DNA of 62,601 bases, the filler included, from Squatina squatina (lineage: Eukaryota), in assembly GCA_031763465.1 (NCBI GenBank). It is 4 parts of 4 records of this genome, joined end to end, with 100 filler letters (N's around TTAATTAATTAA, not from the genome) between each part and the next. Parts side by side here need not be neighbours in the genome. Positions count along the whole stretch, not along the records: positions 1 to 13,290 come from JARFOE010000056.1; positions 13,391 to 30,171 come from JARFOE010000121.1; 2 more parts are not named here. One strand, given 5' to 3'. The position numbers and the translations under genes were made by a program. The number at the start of each line of letters is the position of its first letter. The stretch's first letter is position 1. The notes beneath the pieces are model-generated. The model was not told the origin of the DNA. It worked only from the letters and a program-made list of their open reading frames with translations, and searched no databases. Shown one piece after another: positions 12,401-23,244 of this stretch.

Positions 12401-13290
12401 CCCTCCAACCAATCAAAAGAGAGCAGCAGCACAAAGACTAGAAAATAAAATGGGGAAGAGTGCCTCTTATAAGTCACAGGTCTCTGCTTGAGCACTACTC
12501 TGCCAGCATCCTACAGTTGACATTAAATAGACCCTCCACTGTGCAGTGATACCATGTAGAACTGCCGAGTGTTCCCAGTCTCAGCAGGAGATGGGGGAAA
12601 AAGGTGTATAAAACAAAAAGACAAAGATTTTGATTACCATGGCCATTCTGGAGCCTCCGTTCAGCTGGTTAGTGACAAAGGCCAATCCCTGAGGATGGGC
12701 TACGTGCTTGCCTTCACAGCCACAGACTGGAGTGGAGGGGAACAGTTCTAGACTAAACAAGGCGAGGGCAGTAGGGACACTAGCTGAACTTTAAAACTAA
12801 GCCTGCAACTGCAACTTTAAAACAGCCTACACTGGATTCTAACTTTTCTCTTTCACAGCCGTCGTAAAAGACACTTCTCAGAGGTCGCCCTGTAACTTCA
12901 CAGGGAAAAAAAAAAATCACAGAATCCTTATACTGAAAACAGAAGCTCTATGGTTAGAACAAGACTGATGCCTCACTGCTATGTGACACTGAGAAAGCCA
13001 ACGCCCACACACTCTTCTGTACCTGTACTCTTTACAGTCCAAAGTTGTTTAGGTTATCACTACTGTATCGTGATATTGAAGTTAATCTAAATTAGAGGAC
13101 AACTGTAGCTTTAGTACACCCACCCCTTAAGACAACATGCCAACTGTTCAAGCATGTGCTGCAGATTGATACTTCACACATTTTACACATCATCTCAATT
13201 CCCTAAACTCTAAGATTGTGGTTAAACCAAAAACACTGGTGCCATTTTTCTAGTTTGCATTTCACCACTTTAAATTATTCAAAATACAGT

Positions 13291-13390
13291 NNNNNNNNNN
13301 NNNNNNNNNNNNNNNNNNNNNNNNNNNNNNNNNNTTAATTAATTAANNNNNNNNNNNNNNNNNNNNNNNNNNNNNNNNNNNNNNNNNNNN
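13291..13390. other. Artificial scaffold spacer (44N-TTAATTAATTAA-44N)
   Basis: 12-mer with stops in all six frames at 13335-13346, centred in a 100-bp N block; identical at two other sites. Confidence 0.97.
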
Positions 13391-13500
13391 AAAGGTGATA
13401 TATTTCCAAATTAGGATGGTGTGTGACTTGGAGGGGAACTTGGAGGTGATTCTGTTCCCATGCACCTGCTGCCCTTGTTCTTCGAGGTGGTAGAGGTGAC
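13391..13500 (-). mobile_element. LINE 3'-region fragment (non-LTR, clade not resolved)
   Basis: Minus strand PLPPRRTRAAGAWEQNHLQVPLQVTHHPNLEIY is a motif I recall from a high-copy shark LINE. Confidence 0.6.
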
Positions 13501-15012
13501 ATTCTAACAGAGCTAATGTCAAATGTTTTGTCGCAGATTAAGAGAAGATGGAAGCGCGAGAATGCAAGGGACATTGGAAGTGCATGAACTTTATTGTGCT
13601 GATTGTGGATGCTATGCCCCTGTTCCCCTGTTTGAAGGAGTAGCGCAGTAGCTGGTTGCATTTTGACTGTGGAGCTGCAGTGGTTACAGAAGGCCACTAA
13701 GTGTATCTGTGACTAGTTTTAATGGATTGCATCAGTGTCATGGGTCTTTGGTGCTGTAATTGTTGCAGGTTCAGTGCTTTCAGAAACTGCAGCTTGTGCA
13801 GGCCTATATGATGATACAGAATTGCTGCTGTCATGAGTTCCATATACCAGCCAAGTCATTTCCTGCCCACTCCATTTCTGTCAAAAAATTGGCACAGGGC
13901 AGATGGGAAATTCCATTCAGACTTTCCCATCTTAATCAAATGGTGGTACATTCCACCTCGGATTTCCCTCTCTTAGATTTGCCCTTTCTCTGCCGCTTTT
14001 TGTTTTTGNNNNNNNNNNNNNNNNNNNNNNNNNNNNNNNNNNNNNNNNNNNNNNNNNNNNNNNNNNNNNNNNNNNNNNNNNNNNNNNNNNNNNNNNNNNN
14101 NNNNNNNNNNNNNNNNNNNNNNNNNNNNNNNNNNNNNNNNNNNNNNNNNNNNNNNNNNNNNNNNNNNNNNNNNNNNNNNNNNNNNNNNNNNNNNNNNNNN
14201 NNNNNNNNNNNNNNNNNNNNNNNNNNNNNNNNNNNNNNNNNNNNNNNNNNNNNNNNNNNNNNNNNNNNNNNNNNNNNNNNNNNNNNNNNNNNNNNNNNNN
14301 NNNNNNNNNNNNNNNNNNNNNNNNNNNNNNNNNNNNNNNNNNNNNNNNNNNNNNNNNNNNNNNNNNNNNNNNNNNNNNNNNNNNNNNNNNNNNNNNNNNN
14401 NNNNNNNNNNNNNNNNNNNNNNNNNNNNNNNNNNNNNNNNNNNNNNNNNNNNNNNNNNNNNNNNNNNNNNNNNNNNNNNNNNNNNNNNNNNNNNNNNNNN
14501 NNNNNNNNNNNNNNNNNNNNNNNNNNNNNNNNNNNNNNNNNNNNNNNNNNNNNNNNNNNNNNNNNNNNNNNNNNNNNNNNNNNNNNNNNNNNNNNNNNNN
14601 NNNNNNNNNNNNNNNNNNNNNNNNNNNNNNNNNNNNNNNNNNNNNNNNNNNNNNNNNNNNNNNNNNNNNNNNNNNNNNNNNNNNNNNNNNNNNNNNNNNN
14701 NNNNNNNNNNNNNNNNNNNNNNNNNNNNNNNNNNNNNNNNNNNNNNNNNNNNNNNNNNNNNNNNNNNNNNNNNNNNNNNNNNNNNNNNNNNNNNNNNNNN
14801 NNNNNNNNNNNNNNNNNNNNNNNNNNNNNNNNNNNNNNNNNNNNNNNNNNNNNNNNNNNNNNNNNNNNNNNNNNNNNNNNNNNNNNNNNNNNNNNNNNNN
14901 NNNNNNNNNNNNNNNNNNAGGACGCTGACCTTGGTACACCTATACTGTGGATTTGCAGGATTTTGCAGAGGCAGCGTGGCGATACTTCTCCAGTGCTTTG
15001 AGGTGTCTACTG

Positions 15013-15207
15013 TACATTGTCTATCACTTTCCATACCTTGGGAACCTCCTCTCAGCGAGGGCAGACATAAACAATGAAACCCAACACTGCCTCCAGTGTG
15101 CCAGTACAGCCTTCAACCGCCCGAGGAAAAGAGTGTTTGAAGATAAAGACCTCACATCCGGCACCAAGCTCATGGTCCACAGGGCAGCAGTGATACACCT
15201 CCTCCTG
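15013..15207 (+). mobile_element. RTE-clade LINE RT C-terminal fragment
   Basis: VYHFPYLGNLLSARADINNETQHCLQCASTAFNRPRKRVF...GTKLMVHRAAVIHLLL resembles the RTE pattern F.YLGS...IDDEI..R...AS.AFGRL...TK..VYRAVV...LLY. Confidence 0.85.
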
Positions 15208-16920
15208 NNNNNNNNNNCCATTGAGACCGTGCTCTGTACATTTGGATAATGCATTAGGACTGTCCAGCAGCACCTTTTCTCTGCATATATAATGTAATAT
15301 GTGTAATCAATACCTTACTTGCTACATTCATGCTAATATTTCTCTGTATCAGTGCAGCATATTTACATATATCTTTTCTAATTACAACTACAACTTTTCA
15401 TCATGTGCGTATATATTTCCTCTGTACTACTTTGTAGTAATATTCAGCTCTGACCTTTGCGCTGTTTTCAGTTGTTCCACTTCTTTATGACCTTTTCCAA
15501 AATCAACGGAAAGACAAAGTGAACCGTGTTTGCGACGTACTGCCACATTTTGTGCCTTTTTGTGTCCTGGGGGAGCTTGGGATTAAGTGGGGGTGGTGGG
15601 GTTGAGGGGGGGCGGTAGTGCTCTCCTCCTAAAAATATATTCTTGTTACACCATGATATTTACCAGCACTTGCAGAGTCTTGTCATTAAACCTGACCTTT
15701 TGCTGGTGTTGTTGAGCCATTTTGACTGCTCAGACTTTTCAAAACTTTTCAGAGTCAAGTGGCATGATAGCTGTTTCAAAGGTGTGAAAATATCAATGTT
15801 GAGGTCTAATGTGAAGAGCTAATATTTGCTTTGTTGCCAATATCAAAATTGCATTTCTCACATTTGGAATTTAAGAATGCCNNNNNNNNNNNNNNNNNNN
15901 NNNNNNNNNNNNNNNNNNNNNNNNNNNNNNNNNNNNNNNNNNNNNNNNNNNNNNNNNNNNNNNNNNNNNNNNNNNNNNNNNCTCAATACCCTTCGCTCGA
16001 CTTGCCCGGGAATCTACAGAGCCCTGCTCCAAATCTCCAACTTGGGGCGGGGTGGGGGTCGGCGGTGGGTTGAATCTCGCAAGGTCGTGTGGATCGAGGA
16101 CTGTCGGGTAAGTACGTAAATATTTTTGCCGTCGGAGGCATCCGCACGCAGGAAGCCTCCAATTGCAATTTCAGGGCCTTTGTCTTTTTAAAGTCAATTA
16201 TGCATGCCCATCAAAAACTGAGCACCCCAAATTTAATTTAAACACTTTTTTCTTGTTTAGGCATTGAGCATATTCACATAAGAGTGGTCGTTGAAGAAGG
16301 TTACAGAGTGGTAAGCTAAACCTTTGGAGCTGTAAGGATACTGTGCAGTGGAGCAGGAACGTGCTTTAGGAAGAAAGTTGGGCAAAGCCAGTTGTATTTT
16401 ACTGTGGTTTCTGGTATTTAGCTTCTTGAAAATGCTGATTGGAAATTGTATCTGCTACAGTTTTATAGCCTGCTTCAGTTGTTACCTGTCTGAACTATAA
16501 TATGCTTGCGTGGAAAGGTCAGCTGTAATCTGCAATGTGAACTGCACCTCTTGAGATCCGTTTGGATTCAGAAACTATTCTGAAGGCCTTTACCAGAGGC
16601 TGAGCTGACCGTTGTAACAAAAAGTACTTTTAATATCTTGCAACTTCACATCCTGTTTCAAGTCCATTGCTATGAACATGGTATTGCAACCTAGATCTGT
16701 AATTTATCAATTTTTAAAAAGATTTGCTGGACAATTGTGAGACTGTTGTAACTCTGTGAATATCCTTCCTCCTGCGTCAGCTTCAAAGCAAAAAGGAAAT
16801 CTTTCCCAGGGAACAAAACGCATCAGAGTGTGAATAATTTTGATACAGTTAAATCCTCTGCCATTTGATATAGTTAAATCTGTTTTCTGGCTACATGCAT
16901 TTGTTTTTAATTTATTTTAG

Positions 16921-17025
16921 ATAGTTCAGAATCCTGATCGACTTCCCAAAGATATTGTGGCTGAAGACTTTTTGTGGGCACAGTGGGATACACAGGGACA
17001 GAGGCTGTTCTATATTGTTGAAGAG
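16921..17025 (+). CDS. GSAP: GSAP (gamma-secretase activating protein/PION) internal exon, 105 bp
   Basis: ttttag|ATA...GAG|gtaaaa. IVQNPDRLPKDIVAEDFLWAQWDTQGQRLFYIVEE vs human VIKNSGHLPRDRIAEDFVWAQWDMSEQRLYYIDLK. Confidence 0.92.
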
Positions 17026-17124
17026 GTAAAAAAATGATTTAATACGAGTGTCTGTGTTTGGTTTATGGAATAAAAAAATCAAATAAACAAAGGGACAGAA
17101 CGTAATTAGTTGTGATTTGACCCA

Positions 17125-17410
17125 AGGTCCCACAAGCAGCAGTGAGCTAAATGAGCAGATAATCTACTTTTGACAGTGTTATTTGAGGGATAATTAATGA
17201 CCAGGATACTGTGATGAACTCTGCTTTTCTTCCAAAAGTGCCGTGGGATCTTTTTACATCCACCTGCGAAGGCAGATTGGGCCTAGGTTTAAAGTCTCAT
17301 CTGAAAAACAGCACCTCCAAAAGTGCACTGGATTGTCAGCCTAGTTTATGTGCTCAAGTCTCTGGAGTGGGACTCAGGAGAGGGTTCTACCAACTGAGCC
17401 ACGGCTGACA
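17125..17410 (-). mobile_element. DeuSINE/SacSINE1-like SINE
   Basis: Reverse copy: gagggataa...ccagga...gtgccgtgggatctttttacatccacctg...tatgtgctcaagtctctggagtgggact. Confidence 0.75.
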
Positions 17411-18120
17411 CCTTGTATCTGATGCTAACAGAATAAAATGTGGGCCATATTCACAACAATGTTATCACAGTGATTGCCAAGAAATTTTTTTTTATATAAA
17501 AAAAGGCAAACTGCATGTTTCTGACACATTATTGTCATTAAGTGGCTCAAAATGGCATCCATTTGGGAGCAGCCTGGCTCACAACTGATTACATTATTTT
17601 TTAAAGATGTCATAACCCTCTCCTGCTGGTTGTCCCTTAACTGTATTTTAAAATAAAATGACAGCATGGCCTTATTAAAGAAGTGAATTACACTGCCAGT
17701 GCCCATTTCTAAAACACAGTTAACAATAATGAACTTGTTTTGTTCAGTCCTGCTTGTATGTTGATTTTTTTAGAGTATAAACAGTGAGTGCTAAAAATAT
17801 CATTAGGAAGAATGGCTTAAAGGAGTTGTTGAGCCGAACAAAATGAGATAAATTAATTAATATACACAGTGGAAGTTCAGATAACCTGGGTTTATGATAG
17901 CTCCTCTGATGGCATAGAGTCCACCAATGTTACTGTTTAGCACATTCATCCCAATTATTACATTTACCACCATCTTTTTTGAGGATTGCGGGGGGGAGGG
18001 GCACATGGAGGTTGAGGAGGAGAATGAGTCTTTCGGAACGTGTCACCTCGCACAATGCCCTTTTTCCAGGGTGCTTCACGCCAGTCATGACAGTGACAGT
18101 ATGCAGGTCGAATGAGCATT

Positions 18121-18312
18121 TCATAGAATCGTACGAAGGAGACTATTCAGCCCATCGTGACTGTNNNNNNNNNNAGAGCTATCTAATTCGTCCCACTTCC
18201 CTGTTCTTCCCCCATAGTCCTGCAAAGTTTTCCTCTTCAAGTATTTATCCAATTCCTTTTTGAAAGTTATTATTGAATCTGTTTTCAGGCAGTGCATTCC
18301 AGATCATAACAA
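18121..18312 (-). mobile_element. CR1 LINE 3' end
   Basis: catagaatc...ctattcagcccatcg...tatccaattcctttttgaaag...gcattccagatcataacaac is a reverse CR1 tail. Confidence 0.75.
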
Positions 18313-18516
18313 CTTGTACACATTGAATACTTGGCCTATTTACATTAGAGCAGCACAGACTTAGAGGCAACCTGATAGAGGTCTATAAAATAATTAAAGA
18401 GCTGAATGGTGTCCCTNNNNNNNNNNNNNNNNNNNNNNNNNNNNNNNNNNNNNNNNNNNNNNNNNNNNNNNNNNNNNNNNNNNNNNNNNNNNNNNNNNNN
18501 NNNNNNNNNNNNNNNN

Positions 18517-18752
18517 GGTCTGGCCTATATGTGACTCCAGACCCACAGCAATGTGGTTGACTCTTATGTGCCCTCTGAAATGGCCTAGCAAGCCACTCAG
18601 TTGTAAAAACAACCGCTATGAAAAGTCACCACAAGGACTGCAGCGGTTCAAGAAGATGGCTCATCACCACCTTCTCAAGGGCAACTGGGGATGGACAATA
18701 AATGCTGGCCTCGCCAGCGATGTCCACATCCCAGGAATGAATAAAAAAAAAA
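18517..18752 (+). mobile_element. SINE 3' half, same family as 34785-35248
   Basis: Near-identical to about 35027-35240, including the ggactgcagcggttcaagaag...aataaatgctggcc tail and an A-run. Confidence 0.88.
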
Positions 18753-18784
18753 GCTCTTACAATCTGTTTCTATATTTCTTGCCA

Positions 18785-19017
18785 GGTTACTCTCATACTC
18801 TGTTTTCTCTCTATATCAATTTTTTGGTCATCCTTTGCTGATATTTAAAACACTCCCAATTCTCAGGCTTACTACTCTTTTTGGCAACATTGTAAGCCTC
18901 TTTTAATCTAATACTATCCTTAACTTCTCTAGTTATGCATGGTTGTATTACTTTTCCAGTGCAGTTTTTATTCCTCAAGGGAATATATTCATTGAGAATT
19001 ATGAATTATTTCTTTAA
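18785..19017 (-). mobile_element. CR1 LINE ORF2 fragment
   Basis: ctcccaattctcaggcttactactctttttggcaacattgtaagcc...ccttaacttctctagttatgcatggttg is the reverse of the CR1 linker PW(I/L)TREVKD motif. Confidence 0.6.
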
Positions 19018-19139
19018 AGGGAATTTTACCATACTGGGGTTTGTGAAGAAACATAAAAATGTGCTTGATTGTAATACTGACTTTCTGTCTTTTTGCTTTA
19101 CATAAATATTGAATTTTCCCCACCTTGGTTTTAATGCAG

Positions 19140-19259
19140 GTTATCATACAATTCACATAATCCTTGGTGTACGATGTCTTCCTTTACACACCTTACTGCA
19201 TTATATTGATCTTGGAATGTTGCATCCAACAGAACGATTTGTTACCAGACTACTCGAAG
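19140..19259 (+). CDS. GSAP: GSAP C-terminal-region exon, 120 bp
   Basis: atgcag|GT...GAAG|gtaaaa, phase 1-1. GYHTIHIILGVRCLPLHTLLHYIDLGMLHPTERFVTRLLE vs human GFHTLHTILGVQCLPLHNLLHCIDSGVLLLTETAVIRLMKD. Confidence 0.93.
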
Positions 19260-19534
19260 GTAAAATAATTCAAATCTTTTTTTTTTAACAACTAAATACG
19301 AAATGATCGTAAGGAAACAGTTCTACACAAGCATAATTATATTTTTAAAGGAGCCATTACTTATTTCTTGTGAAGCATGAAATGATGACCAGCTTTGTTT
19401 CAAGTGTTTCTATCACTTAACTATAATATTAAATAACAGCTTTTTTGCTAAAATAAATGATTCTCTGGCATTTTACTAGTTCATATTTCTCTTTTTCCCT
19501 ATTCATTTTTGAGCCAGTTCCCAGACCTCTGACC

Positions 19535-19891
19535 TAGTACTTTTGGGGAGGGTTTAAACTAGTTTGTCTGGGGAGGGGAACTGGAAAATAGCAGAAAGGA
19601 GCAGCAATTATGTCAGAGGGCAGAGATATAAACAGCATTAAAAATTTAAATATCCCAAAAATTGCAGGGACCAGATTGAGGAAAATATCAAAAGTGATGA
19701 AGGAATTACATTGCATGTACGCCAATGTCCGTAGTGTAATTAATGAGGTTGGTGAGCTACAGGCACAAGTTGGCACATGGGATTATGATATGGTTGCATT
19801 AACAGAGACATGGCTCGAACAAGGCCAGGAATGAGTTCTTAATATTCCTGGTTACCAAGTATTCAGGAATGGAAGATGGAAAAAGAGAAGG
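19535..19891 (+). mobile_element. CR1 LINE ORF1 end and ORF2 APE-endonuclease start
   Basis: LHCMYANVRSVINEVGELQAQVGTWDYDMVALTETWL...*VLNIPGYQVFR, preceded by a GEGLN-like ORF1 end. Confidence 0.88.
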
Positions 19892-21663
19892 NNNNNNNNN
19901 NNNNNNNNNNNNNNNNNNNNNNNNNNNNNNNNNNNNNNNNNNNNNNNNNNNNNNNNNNNNNNNNNNNNNNNNNNNNNNNNNNNNNNNNNNNAACACTGCA
20001 TCTAATGTAGTAGAAACAGAATCTCTTGTGAACCCAATTTTGAATGCGTGCAATTGATATTCTACTGTCTGCTTCAGTACATGGTATATAGCTGCCAGTT
20101 CACAGTGAATCTGATCAATGAGAGAAATTGGCAATTAATTTCTAAGATTCAGTTTTCTGTGCTGGCTGGAAAATATGCATTGTTCTGGTAGTGATTTAAG
20201 GACCAGAAGTTCCCCCAGGAGTTGAGCAGTTACAGAATAAATACAGTATTTCACAAGTGATGAATTCTTTCACTTGTACTTCCAGTGCTTGAGTTTTGAG
20301 TCTTTCCCATTTGTGAAGGCCATTTCCCATGATAACAAAGCTACATTTTTTTTTCAGCTTGTAAACATGTGTGAAGTTTGATTTGAAAAGGAATGTGTGT
20401 AACTATAGAAATGGACATTTTTTTTTAACATTGATGCACTGTTATGCTTTGATATGCATTGCTTGACTTTTTTTTACAATGCCAGTATGTTGCACACAAT
20501 TGTCTTTTTAGCTGGATTTAGGACAGCAGTTATTTGCCTGATTATTTCTACTGAATCAAATAAATTTGTACATTTTGTCTGGTTTTCTCATTTAAGTTTA
20601 TTGTTTATGTAACTCATTTATAACATTAAATCATCGTTTATCAGAAATGTGTAAAGCCTTAGGAAGAAGGTTTTGCCAGCTTGCTGAGTCACAAGAGAAT
20701 GGAGTAAAAGATGCTTTCTGATAGTTAGAAACATAGAAAATAGGTGCAGGNNNNNNNNNNNNNNNNNNNNNNNNNNNNNNNNNNNNNNNNNNNNNNNNNN
20801 NNNNNNNNNNNNNNNNNNNNNNNNNNNNNNNNNNNNNNNNNNNNNNNNNNATAACATTTTTTACATTTATAATTGCTCAGTAGTATACAGGGGGCAGGGT
20901 GGAATTCCTCTTGTAATGAAAAACAGGAAACTGCCTGTTTTCTCCACAATTGACTATCTGCTAATGAAATTGCAGTAAAGTGTAGCTTTGAAATGTGTGA
21001 TTTCTGAGAATGTGATCTTGTTAGCACATTGTTAATAATCGAGAAGAATAGGCAGTCTCCAGTCTGACGTTAATTGTGGAACTCCCATTGTGATTATCAA
21101 GATATTGGGGCATCTGTAATACTCCCCAACCTGAAAGATTTGAAACTGTCATATGATGGAAGCATGTAGCTTGTAATGTACAGGTGTATTGTTCTGTGCT
21201 TAATATTTTAGTGAAAAATGAAACCACTTTATATTCACAGCAACTTATTGCTACAAGTAGTAATCAAGAAAATACGTGCTATAGTTAGTGGAAAGTAATA
21301 GTTAGTAAGAAAGGGGAAGGAAATGAGTGGTGTGTGCACTACAAAAGTACATTTCTACATCATTTCCTTTTAAAATTTCCCCTTTGCTTTTTTGTTGATC
21401 CTTTTTGCTTTTCTATTCCAGAACTCTCAATTTTACCTCAGATGTGGTATCCGACTTCAGACCTCGTCACGGAGCAATCCTAGTGCGAGTCAGCTTTTCG
21501 AAAGACATTGCTTGATCTCTCGGCTGGGTCTGGCCAAAAAGCAGCAAGTGTCTCACACTACATTATCAAGTCAACTAGGTTTCTTCCTTTTTATGATCTA
21601 TCTCAAGTTAAATAATTAAAAAATATAAATATTCATATATTGACAACTATTTTGATAGATTAC

Positions 21664-21888
21664 CTTTCATTGCGATTCTGAATGACAGTCTCATATTTTT
21701 TTCGTAGCTTTATCATTTCCTCTTCAGACTGGTTAATCATAGCATTAAGTTTGATCATTTTTATCTTTTGTCCTTCTCTCTTTTCTCCCATTTCTCGAAC
21801 CACTTGGTCGATTTTGCAAATAGCCCTCCGCAGGCTATCTCTGATGACGTAGCTGTTAGAGTGCTTTAGCTTGTATTTTTGCAGCTGG
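21664..21888 (-). CDS. CCDC146: CCDC146 internal exon, 225 bp
   Basis: Minus strand cacag|C...AAAG|gtaa. QLQKYKLKHSNSYVIRDSLRRAICKIDQVVREMGEKREGQKIKMIKLNAMINQSEEEMIKLRKKYETVIQNRNE vs human KLQNSMLKHANNVTIRESMQNDVRKI...IEEEMVQLRKRYEKAVQHRNE. Confidence 0.9.
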
Positions 21889-22046
21889 CTGTGATAGATA
21901 TCAGATTAAATTGCACAGATGAATAACAATCTATTCTGAGTCACANNNNNNNNNNNNNNNNNNNNNNNNNNNNNNNNNNNNNNNNNNNNNNNNNNNNNNN
22001 NNNNNNNNNNNNNNNNNNNNNNNNNNNNNNNNNNNNNNNNNNNNNT

Positions 22047-22130
22047 GGATTATGTGCTCAAGTCTCTGGAGTGGCCCTTGAACCCACAACCTTCTGACTC
22101 CGAGATTGGAGTGCTACTACCATGTCATGA
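22047..22130 (-). mobile_element. DeuSINE-like SINE 5' (tRNA-like) end
   Basis: ggattatgtgctcaagtctctggagtggcccttgaacccacaaccttctgactc contains a reverse B-box. Confidence 0.65.
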
Positions 22131-22368
22131 TTGATGCCATACTGGGGGATGAAGCAAAAAAAAATTCCAAGCTGCTACCAGTATGCATGTTTCAATAAGC
22201 TTTGGTTCTTGTGGGCCATATGTGTCACACATGTTTAATATTAATCACCAATTACTGTGTCTTCATCTCATTGTGTTCATACACAAGATGGAGGTGCATT
22301 TGCTGATTCTGATCTTCTTTGAGGCATTGCCTGGTTAGGGGTGGATTAGTGATGTGTGCAGTGACATT

Positions 22369-22829
22369 GGCCCCGATATTCATGGGAAGGTGGGGGAGGC
22401 TGAGGCCGCGATCAGGAAATGGGGTAGTTCCACAATCAGGGGAGGCTTTGTCTCTGATCGGGTTCGGGAGAGATGCGGCACTGATCGGGTCGCGGGGAGA
22501 GGCGGGCTCGGGTTGGGTCGGGGGGAGAGGCGGGCTCTGCTCGGGTCGGGGGAGAGGCGGGTTCGGGTCGCGGGGAGAGGCGGGCTCCGATCGGGTTCGG
22601 GGGAAGAGGCGGGCTCTGCTCGGGGTGGGGGGAGAGGCGGGCTCTAATCGGGCGCAGGGGGAAAGGCTCCGGTTGGGGGGCGAGGGAGTCTGTACGAGGG
22701 CGGGGAGGGTAGGTGGCTCCCGTTATTAGAACTCCTCCCCCCACTCCCAACCCAGTTTCTGTCAGGTGGGCAAGATTAATATCTAACCTTATAATTCTAT
22801 AAAACAGACAACCATACAGATATCGGGCC
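22369..22829. mobile_element. Non-autonomous Harbinger-like MITE with internal GC-rich minisatellite
   Basis: Left end ggccccgatat and right end atatcgggcc are inverted repeats (one indel). The interior (about 22455-22680) repeats ggggagaggcgggctc...cgggt units. Confidence 0.6.
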
Positions 22830-23073
22830 TTAATATTCCATATACAGAAACGTATAACCCTCACTGTTGAATTTGACCCCTGATATTTTTTGCCCTGTTT
22901 GTCTTCTTCAAAAGGAGCATATATCAATTCTTTTTGGAATAATGTATATATCTGTATTGCAGGCTAATTTATATTAAGATAAAACAAAGAAATGCTGGCC
23001 TGATACTCATATTCCCAAAACTTTTAAATATCATGTATAAAATGAGAATGAGAAATTAGCAATTCAGAGGCAC

Positions 23074-23244
23074 CTGAATACTCATAAGATCCCTTGCTTT
23101 TTGGTCTCTCTCATCAGACCGGATCTGGGCTAGACGAGTTAGATTTACAACCTCTTCACGGGCACGTCTTTGTTCTGTGTGGAGATTATCTTCTTCAAGC
23201 ATACACTTACGCAGCATATGAACCTCTAGCTCTGTTAGCGAAAG
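23074..23244 (-). CDS. CCDC146: CCDC146 internal exon, 171 bp
   Basis: Minus strand tttatgtgcag|CTT...CAG|gtgcct. LSLTELEVHMLRKCMLEEDNLHTEQRRAREEVVNLTRLAQIRSDERDQKARDLMSIQ vs human ...[41 protein letters not shown]. Confidence 0.88.

Noticed and set aside
13335-13346. Recurrent perfect palindrome TTAATTAATTAA as a biological motif
   Set aside because: Always centred between exactly 44 N on each side; it is a six-frame-stop concatenation linker.
13760-15034. Long ORFs of 335-413 aa in the ORF track
   Set aside because: They consist almost entirely of X from the 910-N gap. The same applies to the many ORFs spanning 100-N gaps.
22319-22927. Gly/Arg- and Pro-rich ORFs on both strands
   Set aside because: Produced by the GC-rich minisatellite inside the MITE.
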